From an uncultured Lachnospiraceae bacterium (GTDB taxonomy: Bacteria; Bacillota; Clostridia; Oscillospirales; CAG-272), in NCBI GenBank assembly GCA_964631595.1, contig CAZVXL010000010.1, positions 685 through 64,684 of the forward strand: DNA of 64,000 bases, written 5' to 3'. Each line of letters begins with the position of its first letter. The first letter of the stretch is position 1. The notes under the pieces were generated by a model. That model searched no databases. It was given only the letters and a program-made list of their open reading frames with translations, and was not told the DNA's origin. Shown here in pieces: positions 9,585 through 20,318 of this stretch. A program made the position numbers and the translations under genes.

Positions 9585-10496
9585 ATGAAGCATTTGCTTA
9601 AACTCGGAGATCTTTCGAGCGAGGAGATCATGTCTGTGCTTGAGCTTGCCGATAAGCTGAAGCAGGAAAGAAAGAAAGGCATAAAGCATCATCTGCTGGA
9701 GGGCAAGAGCCTCGGAATGATATTCCAGAAATCCTCCACCAGAACGAGGGTGTCCTTTGAGGTGGGAATGTACGAGCTCGGCGGACAGGCGCTGTTTCTG
9801 TCACCGAGAGATCTGCAAATAGGACGCGGCGAGCCGCTTGAGGATACCGCGAGAGTTCTTTCGCGCTATCTTGACGGAATCATGATCCGCACCTTTGAGC
9901 AGGCGGAGGTCGAGGGGCTTGCACAGCACGGCTCTATTCCGATAATCAACGGACTCACCGATTACTGCCACCCCTGTCAGGTGCTTGCCGATCTCATGAC
10001 GATCCGCGAGATCAAGGGCGGACTTTCCGGTCTGAAGCTCTGCTATGTCGGAGACGGAAACAATATGGCAAACTCTCTGATAGTCGGCGGTATCAAGGCG
10101 GGCATGAGCGTGTCCGTTGCCTGCCCGAAGGGCTATGAGCCGGATGAGGGTATTGCAAAGTGGGCGACCGCCGCCGGCGGATACCTCTGTACCGATAACA
10201 TCGAGGAGGCAATATCCGATGCGGATGTTGTGTATACCGACGTTTGGGCATCTATGGGAATGGAGTCCGAGGCGGAGGAGCGAAAGAAGATATTCAAGGA
10301 TTACTGCGTAAGCGTAAAGAATATGTCCTATGCGGCGAAGGACGCCATGGTGCTCCACTGTCTGCCGGCGCACAGAGGCGAGGAGATCGAGGCGGAGGTG
10401 CTTGAGGCACACGCAAGCGAGATTTTCGAGGAAGCGGAGAACAGACTTCATGCACAAAAGGCTGTCATGGCGCTGTGCATGGGCGGAGATAGATGA
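9585..10496 (+). CDS. argF: Ornithine carbamoyltransferase
   Basis: SSTRTRVSFE, HPCQ, DVWASMG, HCLPAHRG, EAENRLH. Confidence 0.97.
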   Translation: MKHLLKLGDLSSEEIMSVLELADKLKQERKKGIKHHLLEGKSLGMIFQKSSTRTRVSFEVGMYELGGQALFLSPRDLQIGRGEPLEDTARVLSRYLDGIMIRTFEQAEVEGLAQHGSIPIINGLTDYCHPCQVLADLMTIREIKGGLSGLKLCYVGDGNNMANSLIVGGIKAGMSVSVACPKGYEPDEGIAKWATAAGGYLCTDNIEEAISDADVVYTDVWASMGMESEAEERKKIFKDYCVSVKNMSYAAKDAMVLHCLPAHRGEEIEAEVLEAHASEIFEEAENRLHAQKAVMALCMGGDR

Positions 10497-10500
10497 CATT

Positions 10501-10543
10501 ATGCGGCCTGCGGCGGACTCTGTTCGCGCAGACCGCATTTTAT
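10501..10543 (+). terminator. Terminator of the arg operon
   Basis: atgcggcctgcg...cgcagaccgcat stem followed by tttat. Confidence 0.65.
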
Positions 10544-10566
10544 ATTCGCACGGTGCGGTTTTCCTA

Positions 10567-10595
10567 TTGCAATTCTTTGGCGCATGATGTATAAT
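10567..10595 (+). promoter_or_regulatory. sigma70-type promoter of the hydratase gene
   Basis: TTGCAA-17-TATAAT. Confidence 0.75.
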
Positions 10596-10631
10596 TTATA
10601 ATGATAAAAAGAAAAATCGGAGGTCAAAACA

Positions 10632-12956
10632 GTGGTTAAGCTTATAAAAGAGGGCGTGTATCTGAAGGGCGGCAGAGAGCTTCTGCCTGCCGGAGAGGGT
10701 ATGCCTGCCCCGTCGGAGGCAAGGCGCGGTACCATCGCCCACTCCATTCTTTCGGCGCATAATGTCGGAGACGAGAAGAATCTGAAGATCAAATTCGATG
10801 CGCTTGCGTCTCACGATATCACATATGTGGGAATACTGCTTACCGCCAGAGCGGGCGGACTTGAGAAGCTCCCCGTGCCCTATGTTCTGACAAACTGTCA
10901 CAACAGCCTTTGTGCCGTCGGAGGCACTATCAATGAGGATGACCATATGTTCGGACTTTCCGCCGCAAAGAAGTACGGCGGCATCTACGTGCCCGCACAT
11001 ATGGCGGTCATACACGCATTTATGAGAGAAATGATGAGCGGCTGCGGCAAAATGATCCTCGGCTCGGACAGCCATACCCGTTACGGTGCGCTCGGCACCA
11101 TGGCGATCGGTGAGGGCGGCCCCGAGATCGTTAAGCAGCTCCTCTCCCGTACCTACGATGTCGCCGCACCCGAGGTCATCGCGGTGCGTCTTACCGGCAC
11201 GCCCCGCCCCGGAGTAGGCCCTCAGGATGTTGCGCTTGCGATAATCGGCGCTACCTTTGCATCCGGCTTTGTTAAGAACAAGGTTCTTGAGTTTGTCGGT
11301 GACGGCATCGCAAATCTCCCCATAGAATTCCGTAACGGAATCGACGTAATGACAACCGAGACCACCTGCCTTTCCTCTGTATGGATGACAGACAGCGCAG
11401 TCGAGGAATACTTCACGGTGCACGGAAGACCGGAGGCTTACAAGCGCCTTTGCCCCGAGGATATGGCATATTACGACGGAGCGGTCGATGTGGATCTTTC
11501 CTCCGTCGAGCCCATGATAGCGCTTCCGTTCCACCCCAGCAATACATATACTATCCGCGAGCTCAACGCAAATGCGGGAGATATCCTGCGCGAATGTGAG
11601 AAGAAGGGCGAGCAGACGCTCGGACTTCCCGAGGGCTCACTCGGACTTTCCTCCAAGGTAGACAGAAAAACAGGCAGAGTTATCGCAAATCAGGGTGTTA
11701 TCGCGGGCTGTGCCGGCGGAACCTTCGACAATCTCTGCGCGGCGGCGGATATCCTCCGCGGCGGAAGCACCGGCTCGGGAGAGTTCGCTCTTTCCGCATA
11801 TCCCGCAAGCCAGCCGGCATTTGTAAGACTTCTTGAGACGGGCGTTGCCGCCGATCTCATGAGAGCCGGCGTGACGATGCGTACCGCATTCTGCGGCCCC
11901 TGCTTCGGAGCGGGAGACGTCCCCGCGAACGGAGGACTTTCTCTCCGTCATTCCACCAGAAACTTCCCCAACAGAGAGGGCTCAAAGCCTGCCGAGGGAC
12001 AGATCGCCTCGGTCGCTCTTATGGATGCCCGCTCCATTGCGGCTACGGCGGCAAACGGCGGAGTTCTTACCGGCGCCGATGAGATAGATGTAAAGTACAA
12101 CAAGCCCGAGTACAAGTTTGACCGTACCGTGTACGAGAATCGAGTATGGTTCGGCTTCAATAAGCCCGAGCCCGATACCGAGCTGAAATTCGGCCCCAAT
12201 ATCGCGGACTGGCCGCGTATGCCCGCACTTGCGGATAACCTTGCGATCGGAGTGGCATCGGTGATAGACGATCCCGTAACGACCACCGACGAGCTTATCC
12301 CCTCGGGAGAGACCTCGTCGTACCGCTCCAATCCGTACCGCCTGTCGAGATTCGCACTTTCAAGGCGCGACCCCGATTACGCCGGCTTCACCGATGCGGT
12401 GCGCCGTGCCGCAGGAACGGACTCCGAGTATTTGGAAAAATATGAAAATATAAGCGACGGTGAGGTCGAGACGGTTAGAGGTGAGCTTGATGCCGCGATC
12501 GAAGCAGTAAGGGCGGAGCACGGAATGAGCGGCTCCGTGGGTATCGGTTCGCTTGTGTGCGCTCTGAAGCCCGGTGACGGCTCTGCGAGAGAGCAGGCGG
12601 CATCGTGCCAGCGAGTGCTCGGCGGAGTTGCGAATATCGCGCGCGAGTACGCAACGAAGCGCTACCGCAGTAATCTCATCAACTGGGGTATGCTTCCCCT
12701 CATAAGCGATGAGCTGACCATGGGTCTCTCCGAGGGAACACTCGGAAAGGCGATCGAGGTGGGAGATACCGTTGTCCTGCCGAATATCCGTGCGGCAGTC
12801 GAGGCGGCGGATAAAAAGCTTGTCGGATATCTCCACAAAAAGAAAACGGGTGAGCTTATCCCCGTGACCTTTACCATGGGAGAGCTGACCGACGATGAGC
12901 GAAGGATAATCCTTGCGGGAAGCCTTGTGGGATATTACAAGAGCAGTCGCGACTGA
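10632..12956 (+). CDS. Aconitase-family hydratase (YbhJ-like, probable aconitase)
   Basis: GTG start with RBS ggagg; [19 protein letters not shown] and CGPCFG Fe-S cysteines, [29 protein letters not shown]. Confidence 0.9.
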   Translation: MVKLIKEGVYLKGGRELLPAGEGMPAPSEARRGTIAHSILSAHNVGDEKNLKIKFDALASHDITYVGILLTARAGGLEKLPVPYVLTNCHNSLCAVGGTINEDDHMFGLSAAKKYGGIYVPAHMAVIHAFMREMMSGCGKMILGSDSHTRYGALGTMAIGEGGPEIVKQLLSRTYDVAAPEVIAVRLTGTPRPGVGPQDVALAIIGATFASGFVKNKVLEFVGDGIANLPIEFRNGIDVMTTETTCLSSVWMTDSAVEEYFTVHGRPEAYKRLCPEDMAYYDGAVDVDLSSVEPMIALPFHPSNTYTIRELNANAGDILRECEKKGEQTLGLPEGSLGLSSKVDRKTGRVIANQGVIAGCAGGTFDNLCAAADILRGGSTGSGEFALSAYPASQPAFVRLLETGVAADLMRAGVTMRTAFCGPCFGAGDVPANGGLSLRHSTRNFPNREGSKPAEGQIASVALMDARSIAATAANGGVLTGADEIDVKYNKPEYKFDRTVYENRVWFGFNKPEPDTELKFGPNIADWPRMPALADNLAIGVASVIDDPVTTTDELIPSGETSSYRSNPYRLSRFALSRRDPDYAGFTDAVRRAAGTDSEYLEKYENISDGEVETVRGELDAAIEAVRAEHGMSGSVGIGSLVCALKPGDGSAREQAASCQRVLGGVANIAREYATKRYRSNLINWGMLPLISDELTMGLSEGTLGKAIEVGDTVVLPNIRAAVEAADKKLVGYLHKKKTGELIPVTFTMGELTDDERRIILAGSLVGYYKSSRD

Positions 12957-12965
12957 TAGGTAAAT

Positions 12966-13026
12966 AAAAAGCTCGGGTATTTCGATACAGCAAAGCATAC
13001 TGTGTCGGGATACCCGAGATCTTTTA
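12966..13026 (+). terminator. Long hairpin terminator between the convergent hydratase and tcdA genes
   Basis: 19-bp stem 12972-12990/13000-13018 with three G-U pairs on the plus strand; flanked by A- and T-tracts. Confidence 0.75.
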
Positions 13027-13749
13027 TATTTGTCCTCCGGCAATATTCCGTATTATCTCACCTGCGATTATCAGCCCCGCGACAGACGGCACAAACGAAA
13101 CGCTTGCGGGGGGACAACGCTTTACGAGCTCGGAGGTGTCGGTGACGGGCGGGAGGCAGGGAGTCTTCGGCTCCTCTCTCGAATACAGCACCCTCAGCTT
13201 GGAGATGCCCTCCCTTCGGCAGAGCCTCCGCATCTCACGTGCGAGAGGGCAGACCGAGGTGTCGTAGATATCAGCAAGCTCAAGCCTTGTCGGATCGAGC
13301 TTGTTTCCCGTGCCCATGCAGGAGATGAGCGGTATGCCGAGCTCCCTGCAACGCAGGATCAGCTCAAGCTTGGAGGAAACGGAATCAATGGCATCGGCGG
13401 CGTAGGCAACGTTTGTCAGATCGACGTCGCTTGATGTGTCCTTTGAATAAAACATATCGTACAGCTCAAGGGATATGTCCGGATTTATCGACCTTGCGCG
13501 CATGGCGGCGGCATCCGTCTTTCTCATTCCCACCGTTTCCGCGGTGGCGATAAGCTGTCTGTTCAGATTCGATTCGGCAACGCAGTCCCCGTCAACGAGG
13601 ATCAGTCTGCCGACACCCGCCCGAACGAGCGCCTCAACGATGTACGAGCCGACTCCGCCGAGCCCGAATACCGCCACAGTCGCGCCGCGCAGTCTTTCGA
13701 CACCCTCTTCTCCGAGGAGCATGGCAGTTCTTGAATAAAACGGCTTCAT
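13024..13749 (-). CDS. tcdA: tRNA threonylcarbamoyladenosine dehydratase (ThiF family)
   Basis: VFGLGGVGS, SNLNRQ, MGTGNKLDP, TSVCPLAR, SFVPSVAG. Confidence 0.9.
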   Translation of the reverse strand: MKPFYSRTAMLLGEEGVERLRGATVAVFGLGGVGSYIVEALVRAGVGRLILVDGDCVAESNLNRQLIATAETVGMRKTDAAAMRARSINPDISLELYDMFYSKDTSSDVDLTNVAYAADAIDSVSSKLELILRCRELGIPLISCMGTGNKLDPTRLELADIYDTSVCPLAREMRRLCRREGISKLRVLYSREEPKTPCLPPVTDTSELVKRCPPASVSFVPSVAGLIIAGEIIRNIAGGQI

Positions 13750-14765
13750 ATGATAATACCTCCGCCGACTACGGCATCTCCGTCATACAGCACCATTGAT
13801 TGACCCGATGCCAGCGCACGCACAGGCGAATCGAAGCGTGCGGTGATCTCATCCTCCCCCGAGCGCCATACGGAGGCGGTCGCCTCGGTGCGGGTATATC
13901 TCAGCTTTACGGAAAGCCTTTCCTCATGCTCAAGCTCCATGCCGAGACGGATCCCGCTTGCCTTGACCTCGGTGCGGTACAGCGCCGCCTCGTCTCCGAG
14001 GATCACGCGGTTTTCGGCGGGGTCTTTTCCTATTACGTAAACACGTCTGCCGAGTGCGATCCCGAGACCGCGCCCCTGACCGACGGTGAAGTTTCGCTGA
14101 CCGCAGTGCTTTCCGAGGACGTTGCCGTCTGCATCGGTGAAATCTCCCTCCGCGGCAGTGCCCAAGGCACTGTTCAGATATCCGCGAAGATCCCCGTCGG
14201 GAATGAAGCAGATGTCCTGACTGTCGGGAGATGCGTGGCAGGGAAGCCCCGCCTGCATCGCAAGCTCGCGTATCTGCGGTTTCGTGTATTCACCGAGCGG
14301 GAAAATGAGCCTGCGTATCACATCCTCGGACAGCGCCCATAGCATATAGCTTTGATCCTTGCTCGGGTCTGCGCCCTTTCTGATATAGAAGACGTCCCCC
14401 GAGCGACCTGTCCTTGCGTAGTGACCTGTCGATGCGAAATACGTGCCGAGGCTGTCGGCTGAACGGAGCAGGCGCGGGAATTTCACATCCCTGTTGCAGA
14501 GCACGCACGGATTCGGCGTGGCACCGCTCTCGTATACCGCCGCAAACGGGGCACGTACATATTTCATGAAATCCTCGGAGGCATCCTCGGTTACGTGCGG
14601 AATACCGAGAACCTCGCAAATGGCGCGCGCGCCGTCCCCGACGGCATCTCCGCCGCCGTTCATGTCGAAGGTGACACCGTGGCAGTCATAGCCCGCCTCC
14701 CTCAGGAGCAGTGCCGCCGCGCCGCTGTCAACTCCGCCGCTCATTGCTACTGTAACCTTTTTCAT
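13746..14765 (-). CDS. mnmA: tRNA-specific 2-thiouridylase
   Basis: AMSGGVDS, TPNPCVLCN, STGHYA, KDQSY, DSQDICF, TVGQGRGLG. Confidence 0.95.
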   Translation of the reverse strand: MKKVTVAMSGGVDSGAAALLLREAGYDCHGVTFDMNGGGDAVGDGARAICEVLGIPHVTEDASEDFMKYVRAPFAAVYESGATPNPCVLCNRDVKFPRLLRSADSLGTYFASTGHYARTGRSGDVFYIRKGADPSKDQSYMLWALSEDVIRRLIFPLGEYTKPQIRELAMQAGLPCHASPDSQDICFIPDGDLRGYLNSALGTAAEGDFTDADGNVLGKHCGQRNFTVGQGRGLGIALGRRVYVIGKDPAENRVILGDEAALYRTEVKASGIRLGMELEHEERLSVKLRYTRTEATASVWRSGEDEITARFDSPVRALASGQSMVLYDGDAVVGGGIII

Positions 14766-14824
14766 TAAGCCTTGGACCTTTCCGAAGACTCCCGCAGTCG
14801 AGAGCGGGAGCCGATACTTGCGGA

Positions 14825-16009
14825 CTACATTCCGCTGAACATCGTGTCGCTGTCGAAGTCGAGCAGATCCGAGAGGATATAGTTTGATACGAACATTCCC
14901 TTCGGCGTGAGCGCGATGCTGTTGTCTCTCTTTACGGCAAAGCCGCTTTTCAGATACGGTATCAGCTTTTTGCCGAACATCTCCTCAAAATCCGCACCGA
15001 AGCGGAATCTGAAATCGTCAAGCCTGATGCCCGCCGTGAGCCTCAGCCTGAGCATGACGTATTCACCGAGCCTTTCCTTCGGTGTGATCTCCTCGGACTG
15101 ATCAGTTATCTGTATGCTTGAGAGGGGCTGCTCCACCCCTGCGATATAGCCTTCGATATTCTTGCTGTAGGAATATCTGGTGTTGTTGAAATACGAATGT
15201 GCGGCGGGGCCGAAGCCGAGGTATTCAAGACAGCTCCAGTATTTAAGATTGTGGCGCGAATATCTCCTCGGCTTCGAGAAATTGGATATCTCGTATTGGG
15301 GATAGCCCTCGGAGTTGAGATATTCCACCGCGCGCAGGTACATATCCGCCTCGGTATCCTCGTCGGGAAAATTGAAGGCGCTTCTGCTTTTGGCGAGCGG
15401 TGTGCCCGCTTCAAGCTTCAAGTCGTAGAGCGATATGTGCTCCACGCCGAGCCTTGTCACGTATCTCAGATTCTTCATCAGACTTTCCGGTGTCTGCTCC
15501 GGTATGCCGAACATGAGATCGACGCTTATGTTGTCAAAGCCCGCCTCTCTTGCCATGCGGTAGGAGTTCTCGAAATCTGCTCTTGTGTGTCGGCGCGACA
15601 GAAGCTTCAGCTCGTTGTTGTTGCCGGACTGAAGCCCGAAGCTTATCCTGTTCACACCCGCGCGGCGAAGCCGCTTCAGCAGCTCGGGCGTTACGGTGGC
15701 GGGATTGGCTTCGATAGTGAACTCGTTGTTTTTGGAGAGATCGAAGCTTTTCTTTATGCCGCGGCACAGCTTCACGAGAAGCTCTGCGGGCAGCACGGTC
15801 GGAGTACCTCCTCCGATGTAGACCGTATCGCAGACGTATTCTGCGGCACTCTCCCTGTAATCCCTCATGTGCATGAGCAGAGCGTTCACGTACCGCTCCA
15901 TCAGCTCCTGCCCCGACGGGACAAAGGAATAGAAATCACAGTAGGCACACTTGCTCATACAAAACGGCACGTGTACGTATATTCCGAGTAATTTTTTTGC
16001 TTGAGGCAT
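14825..16009 (-). CDS. hemW: Radical SAM heme chaperone HemW (HemN-like)
   Basis: YVHVPFCMSKCAYCDF, GGGTPT, YEISNF, HNLKYW; directly downstream of lepA. Confidence 0.9.
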   Translation of the reverse strand: MPQAKKLLGIYVHVPFCMSKCAYCDFYSFVPSGQELMERYVNALLMHMRDYRESAAEYVCDTVYIGGGTPTVLPAELLVKLCRGIKKSFDLSKNNEFTIEANPATVTPELLKRLRRAGVNRISFGLQSGNNNELKLLSRRHTRADFENSYRMAREAGFDNISVDLMFGIPEQTPESLMKNLRYVTRLGVEHISLYDLKLEAGTPLAKSRSAFNFPDEDTEADMYLRAVEYLNSEGYPQYEISNFSKPRRYSRHNLKYWSCLEYLGFGPAAHSYFNNTRYSYSKNIEGYIAGVEQPLSSIQITDQSEEITPKERLGEYVMLRLRLTAGIRLDDFRFRFGADFEEMFGKKLIPYLKSGFAVKRDNSIALTPKGMFVSNYILSDLLDFDSDTMFSGM

Positions 16010-16063
16010 CGCGTGCTCACCGCCTTTCTTAGTTGTATGCTCCGCCTTCCGAGAAGACAGAGA

Positions 16064-17872
16064 TCAATCCTCGTCAAGCTTGAGGACAGCCATGAATGCC
16101 TCGGGGGACACCTGAACGGAGCCGAGCTTTCGCATCTTCTTCTTGCCCTCTTTTTGCTTTTCGAGAAGCTTCTTCTTACGTGTTATATCACCGCCGTAGC
16201 ATTTTGCAAGCACGTCCTTGCGCATCGCCTTGACAGTCTCTCTTGCGATGATCTTTGAGCCGACGGCGGCTTGGATCGGGATCTCAAAGAGCTGTCTCGG
16301 GATATTCTCTTTAAGCCTTTCCGCGATCTTTCTTGCGCGGGCGTAGGCATTGTCGGAGTGAACGATAAACGTGAGTGCATCCACGATCTCACCGTTCAGC
16401 ATGAAATCGAGCTTGACAAGACTGCTCTCGTCATAGCCGTCGGGCTCGTAATCAAGAGAGGCATAGCCCTTGCTTCGGGATTTCAGCGCATCGAAGAAAT
16501 CATATATTATCTCGTTCAGAGGAAGCCTGTAGAACAGCTCCACTCTTGTGGAGTCGAGATACTTCATATCGGTGAAGGTACCTCGGCGGCTCTTGCACAT
16601 ATCCATGATGCTGCCCATGTAATCCGTGGGCGTGATTATGGAAGCCTTGACTATCGGCTCGCGCGCCGACAGGATCTCATCCTGTGAGGGATAATTTGAC
16701 GGATTGTCTATCCGCATGACCTCGCCGTTTTTCTTTGTGATCTCGTAGATAACGCTCGGTGCCGTGGTTATCAGCTCAAGGTTGAACTCTCTTTCCAGTC
16801 GCTCCTCTATGATCTCCATGTGGAGAAGTCCCAGAAAGCCGCAACGGAAGCCGAAGCCGAGCGCAATCGAGGTCTCGGGCTCAAAGGTGAGCGCCGCATC
16901 GTTGAGCTGAAGCTTCTCCAGAGCCTCCTTGGTCTCGTTGTAATACGAGCCGTCGGCGGGGTAGATTCCGGCATATACCATGGGGAGCGCGCGCTTGAAG
17001 CCCGGCAGGGCTTCTGCCGTCGGATTTGCGGCAAGGGTGACCGTGTCTCCCACGCGCGTGTCACCGACGTTTTTGATGGAGGCGGTGATGTAGCCGACGT
17101 CTCCGGCGCAAAGCTCACCGTCCGCTTCAAGCCCGAAGGGGGACATATGTCCGACCTCGACCACCTCGAATTCCGCATTGTTCGACATGAGGCGTATGAC
17201 GTCTCCGGCACGCACCCTTCCGTCGATCACGCGGATATACACGACCACGCCGAGGTAGCTGTTGTAGACCGAATCGAAGATAAGCGCGCGCAGGGGCGCA
17301 TCGGGATCTCCCTCGGGCGCGGGAATATCTGAGATTATCGCGGACATTACCGCATCTATGTTGAGACCCGTCTTTGCGGATACGGCGGGACAGCCCTCCG
17401 CGGGAATACCGATCACGTCTTCGATCTCCTCGCGAACCTTGTCGGGCTCCGCCGAGGGCAGGTCGATCTTGTTTATGACCGGAACTATCTCAAGCCCCGC
17501 ATCCACCGCAAGGTAGGCATTTCCGAGCGTTTGTGCTTCGATGCCCTGAGTGGCATCGACCACGAGGAGAGCGCCCTCGCAGGCTGTGAGAGAACGGGAC
17601 ACCTCGTAGTTAAAGTCAACGTGACCGGGGGTGTCTATGAGATTGAGCTCATATACCTCCCCGTCGGGTGCGGAATAATTGATCCTGACCGCTCTCGCCT
17701 TTATTGTAATACCGCGCTCACGCTCCAGCTCCATATCGTCGAGAAGCTGTTCCTCCATGTCGCGCTTGGACACCGCATCCGAAAATTCGAGGATCCTGTC
17801 GGCAAGAGTGGACTTGCCGTGGTCGATGTGCGCGATTATGGAAAAATTACGAATATTTTTACGCCTGTCCAC
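16064..17872 (-). CDS. lepA: Translation elongation factor 4
   Basis: [57 protein letters not shown]. Confidence 0.99.
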   Translation of the reverse strand: MDRRKNIRNFSIIAHIDHGKSTLADRILEFSDAVSKRDMEEQLLDDMELERERGITIKARAVRINYSAPDGEVYELNLIDTPGHVDFNYEVSRSLTACEGALLVVDATQGIEAQTLGNAYLAVDAGLEIVPVINKIDLPSAEPDKVREEIEDVIGIPAEGCPAVSAKTGLNIDAVMSAIISDIPAPEGDPDAPLRALIFDSVYNSYLGVVVYIRVIDGRVRAGDVIRLMSNNAEFEVVEVGHMSPFGLEADGELCAGDVGYITASIKNVGDTRVGDTVTLAANPTAEALPGFKRALPMVYAGIYPADGSYYNETKEALEKLQLNDAALTFEPETSIALGFGFRCGFLGLLHMEIIEERLEREFNLELITTAPSVIYEITKKNGEVMRIDNPSNYPSQDEILSAREPIVKASIITPTDYMGSIMDMCKSRRGTFTDMKYLDSTRVELFYRLPLNEIIYDFFDALKSRSKGYASLDYEPDGYDESSLVKLDFMLNGEIVDALTFIVHSDNAYARARKIAERLKENIPRQLFEIPIQAAVGSKIIARETVKAMRKDVLAKCYGGDITRKKKLLEKQKEGKKKMRKLGSVQVSPEAFMAVLKLDED

Positions 17873-18085
17873 CTGTTCTCTCCTTACAATTATATATCTG
17901 TATTATTTTATCATATATGAAGAAAGAAATCAATATTCGAAAAGAGGAAAACGCAAAAACTGTCCCGCGGGCGCGTGGCACGGGAACATCTTGGGCAGAT
18001 GCATAACGTGTCTGCGCCGCGAAGCCGCTCCGATGCGCTGTGCCTTGCGGTCTGCGGACACGGCAGGGCGTGGCGATATCTTGAC

Positions 18086-18114
18086 TTGTCAAAGGTGCGG
18101 CGGTGTGGTATACT
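18086..18114 (+). promoter_or_regulatory. Promoter of birA-bioY
   Basis: TTGTCA-17-TATACT with extended TG. Confidence 0.65.
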
Positions 18115-18140
18115 TATAAAAAACGGAAAGGAATGTCGAT

Positions 18141-18842
18141 ATGGAGCGCCGCATTATCCGTATCCCCGAAACGGATTCCACAAATACATACATCAAAGCG
18201 CTTGCCTCCGACGGAGAGTGGCTTTGCGTGATTGCCGACAGGCAGACGGGAGGCAGGGGCAGGCTCGGCAGGAGCTTTGAATCTCCGGAGGGCGGACTGT
18301 ATATGAGCTTTCTCTGCCCGCCGACGGCGGGGGAGAACGATGCCGTGACCGCAAGAGCCGCCGTTGCCGCGGCACGGGCGATCGAGAGCATGACCGGACT
18401 TGAGCTTCGCATCAAATGGGTGAACGATCTGTACTGCGGCGGACGGAAGCTTGCGGGAATACTGACCGAGAGTGTTTGGAGCGGCGGTAAGCGGAAATGC
18501 CTTGTCATCGGCATCGGAGTGAATCTGACGGAGGGCGGACTTACCGAGGCGCTTCGCGGAATTGCCACCTCGGTCGAGGCGGAGGGCGGCAGGATACCGA
18601 GCAGGGAAGCGCTTGCGGCGAGGATCGTCGATGAATATGACCGCTGTACCGATTTTTGCGAGGAATATCGCGCAAGACAGCTGCTTCTCGGCTGTAATGT
18701 GGAGGTGCATCGCGGCGACGAGATATTTTCGGCATTTGCCGAGGATATTAACACCGACTGTGCCGTGATACTGCGACTTGACAGCGGTGAGAGGCTCACG
18801 CTGAGCTCGGGCGAGATCTCACTGAGGGCGGAGGAGCGATGA
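18141..18842 (+). CDS. birA: Biotin-protein ligase without an N-terminal HTH (group I)
   Basis: DSTN, QTGGRGRLGR, KWVNDL, KLAGILTE, GIGVN. Confidence 0.93.
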   Translation: MERRIIRIPETDSTNTYIKALASDGEWLCVIADRQTGGRGRLGRSFESPEGGLYMSFLCPPTAGENDAVTARAAVAAARAIESMTGLELRIKWVNDLYCGGRKLAGILTESVWSGGKRKCLVIGIGVNLTEGGLTEALRGIATSVEAEGGRIPSREALAARIVDEYDRCTDFCEEYRARQLLLGCNVEVHRGDEIFSAFAEDINTDCAVILRLDSGERLTLSSGEISLRAEER

Positions 18843-19417
18843 AGCGTATCGGAAACGGCAACGGGGCACATACACCGGCTCAAATCGGGCTTGCCGCCGC
18901 GCTCCTCTGCATCATCTCTCCGATAGCTCTGCCGCTCGGGGCGGTGTCGGCATCGGCGCTCACGCTTGTGATATACGTCATATCCGCAAAGCTCGGCTCA
19001 TGCCGAGGCGCCGCCGCCGTAGCCGTGTACATTATTATCGGACTTGCCGGAATACCTGTGTTTTCGGGCTTTACCGGTGGATTTTCGCATCTTCTCGGGC
19101 CCACAGGAGGCTTCATCGTCGGCTATATCCCGATGGCTGCCGTGACGGGGCTCGGCGCTCGTCGCGGAAGCGTTGCCGTCGGCGCCGTATTCGCCGTGCT
19201 CGGCACCGTATTGCTGTATGGTGTCGGCACGCTTTGGTATTCGGTATACGCAAGGGTCGGTGTCATCACCGCCGCCGCGGTGTGCGTTATGCCGTTTGCG
19301 GCACTTGATGCAGTGAAGCTCGCCGCCGCGATGTATATCGCAAAGCGGCTCGGCACATTTAAGGCAAAAGCCGAAATACAGCAACCCGCCGCCGTGCTGA
19401 CAGATGAGGTGCGGTGA
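18839..19417 (+). CDS. bioY: Biotin transporter BioY (ECF S component)
   Basis: Hydrophobic; GLAGIPVFSG..GG...GPTGGFIVG; overlaps the birA stop. Confidence 0.92.
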   Translation: MKRIGNGNGAHTPAQIGLAAALLCIISPIALPLGAVSASALTLVIYVISAKLGSCRGAAAVAVYIIIGLAGIPVFSGFTGGFSHLLGPTGGFIVGYIPMAAVTGLGARRGSVAVGAVFAVLGTVLLYGVGTLWYSVYARVGVITAAAVCVMPFAALDAVKLAAAMYIAKRLGTFKAKAEIQQPAAVLTDEVR

Positions 19418-19457
19418 CAGAGATACCGCGTATATAATATCCGCGCGTGCACGCAGT

Positions 19458-19488
19458 AAAAATGACACACCCTTCGGTGTGTCATTTT
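19458..19488. terminator. Bidirectional terminator
   Basis: aaaatgacacacc / ggtgtgtcatttt between convergent genes. Confidence 0.8.
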
Positions 19489-19544
19489 CGTATTCGGTCG
19501 AAGTGTTTGGCGGGCTCAAGCCCGCTTTTCGCACGGCGGGCGTG

Positions 19545-20318
19545 CTACCATTTCAAAAGCCCTGCCGCGGCTGTTATCGCCTCGTATCTTGACATACCCG
19601 CCTTGAGCTTCGGATGATAGAGCAGCTCGACCATGGCGTAATCAAGCTCGGAGGGGCGGGAGTATATGCACTTTCCCTGATAGAAAACGCTGTCGCGGTG
19701 CGCGTAGGAATCCTTTGCGAGACCGAGAGACTGGAGAAGCTCCTCACATATCGTGGACAGGCGTTCCTCCTCCTCGTTGCAGTCGATCGCGGCGCGCGCC
19801 TTGAATATCTCACAGGAGTCGGTGTACCAGTGATATTCCGACATTCCGGCGCAGTTTTCGTTCGCCTCGTCGAACAGCTCGGTGATCTCGGCACGGGTGA
19901 TGAACATTATCTCAAAGTTGGCGTCCTCGTTGAAGCCCGCCTCCCTCATTTGAGGGAAGCCCTCTATCGAATTGAGACGGTCTACAAGTATCCCGATTAG
20001 CTCTATATCCCCGTCGCGACATTCGCCGGTGACGGTGTAGAGGATCTCACTCTCCCAGCGGCACAGCTTCTCCGTGTTGTCACCGAATTCGCTTCCGAAG
20101 GCGACCTCGGCAAAATAGTCGAGGATATGTCCGGCGCTGTCCGATTTGAGACTGAGCCCGCCGTCCTCGGGGGCTGCGGGATCGACGTATGAGGATACCG
20201 TATCCGAGTCCGAATCGGCGGTCGAGGAGACGGAGCCGTGCTCGGGAGCGGAGAAAAAGGCGCAGGAGCAGAGCGACAGGGAGAGGGCGACTGATATAAG
20301 TGACTTAAATATTCGCAT
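19545..20318 (-). CDS. Lipoprotein, DUF2927-like
   Basis: Start MRIFKSLIS with lipobox-like LSLCSC; EELLQSLGLAKDS, SVFY, LDYAMVELLYHPKLKAGM resemble DUF2927. Confidence 0.7.
   Translation of the reverse strand: MRIFKSLISVALSLSLCSCAFFSAPEHGSVSSTADSDSDTVSSYVDPAAPEDGGLSLKSDSAGHILDYFAEVAFGSEFGDNTEKLCRWESEILYTVTGECRDGDIELIGILVDRLNSIEGFPQMREAGFNEDANFEIMFITRAEITELFDEANENCAGMSEYHWYTDSCEIFKARAAIDCNEEEERLSTICEELLQSLGLAKDSYAHRDSVFYQGKCIYSRPSELDYAMVELLYHPKLKAGMSRYEAITAAAGLLKW

Noticed and set aside
10632-12956. Hydratase as a member of the arg operon
   Set aside because: A terminator and a separate promoter lie between argF and the hydratase, and I saw no ARG box there
18141-18842. BirA operator upstream of birA-bioY
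   Set aside because: This BirA has no HTH domain and no convincing operator palindrome was seen
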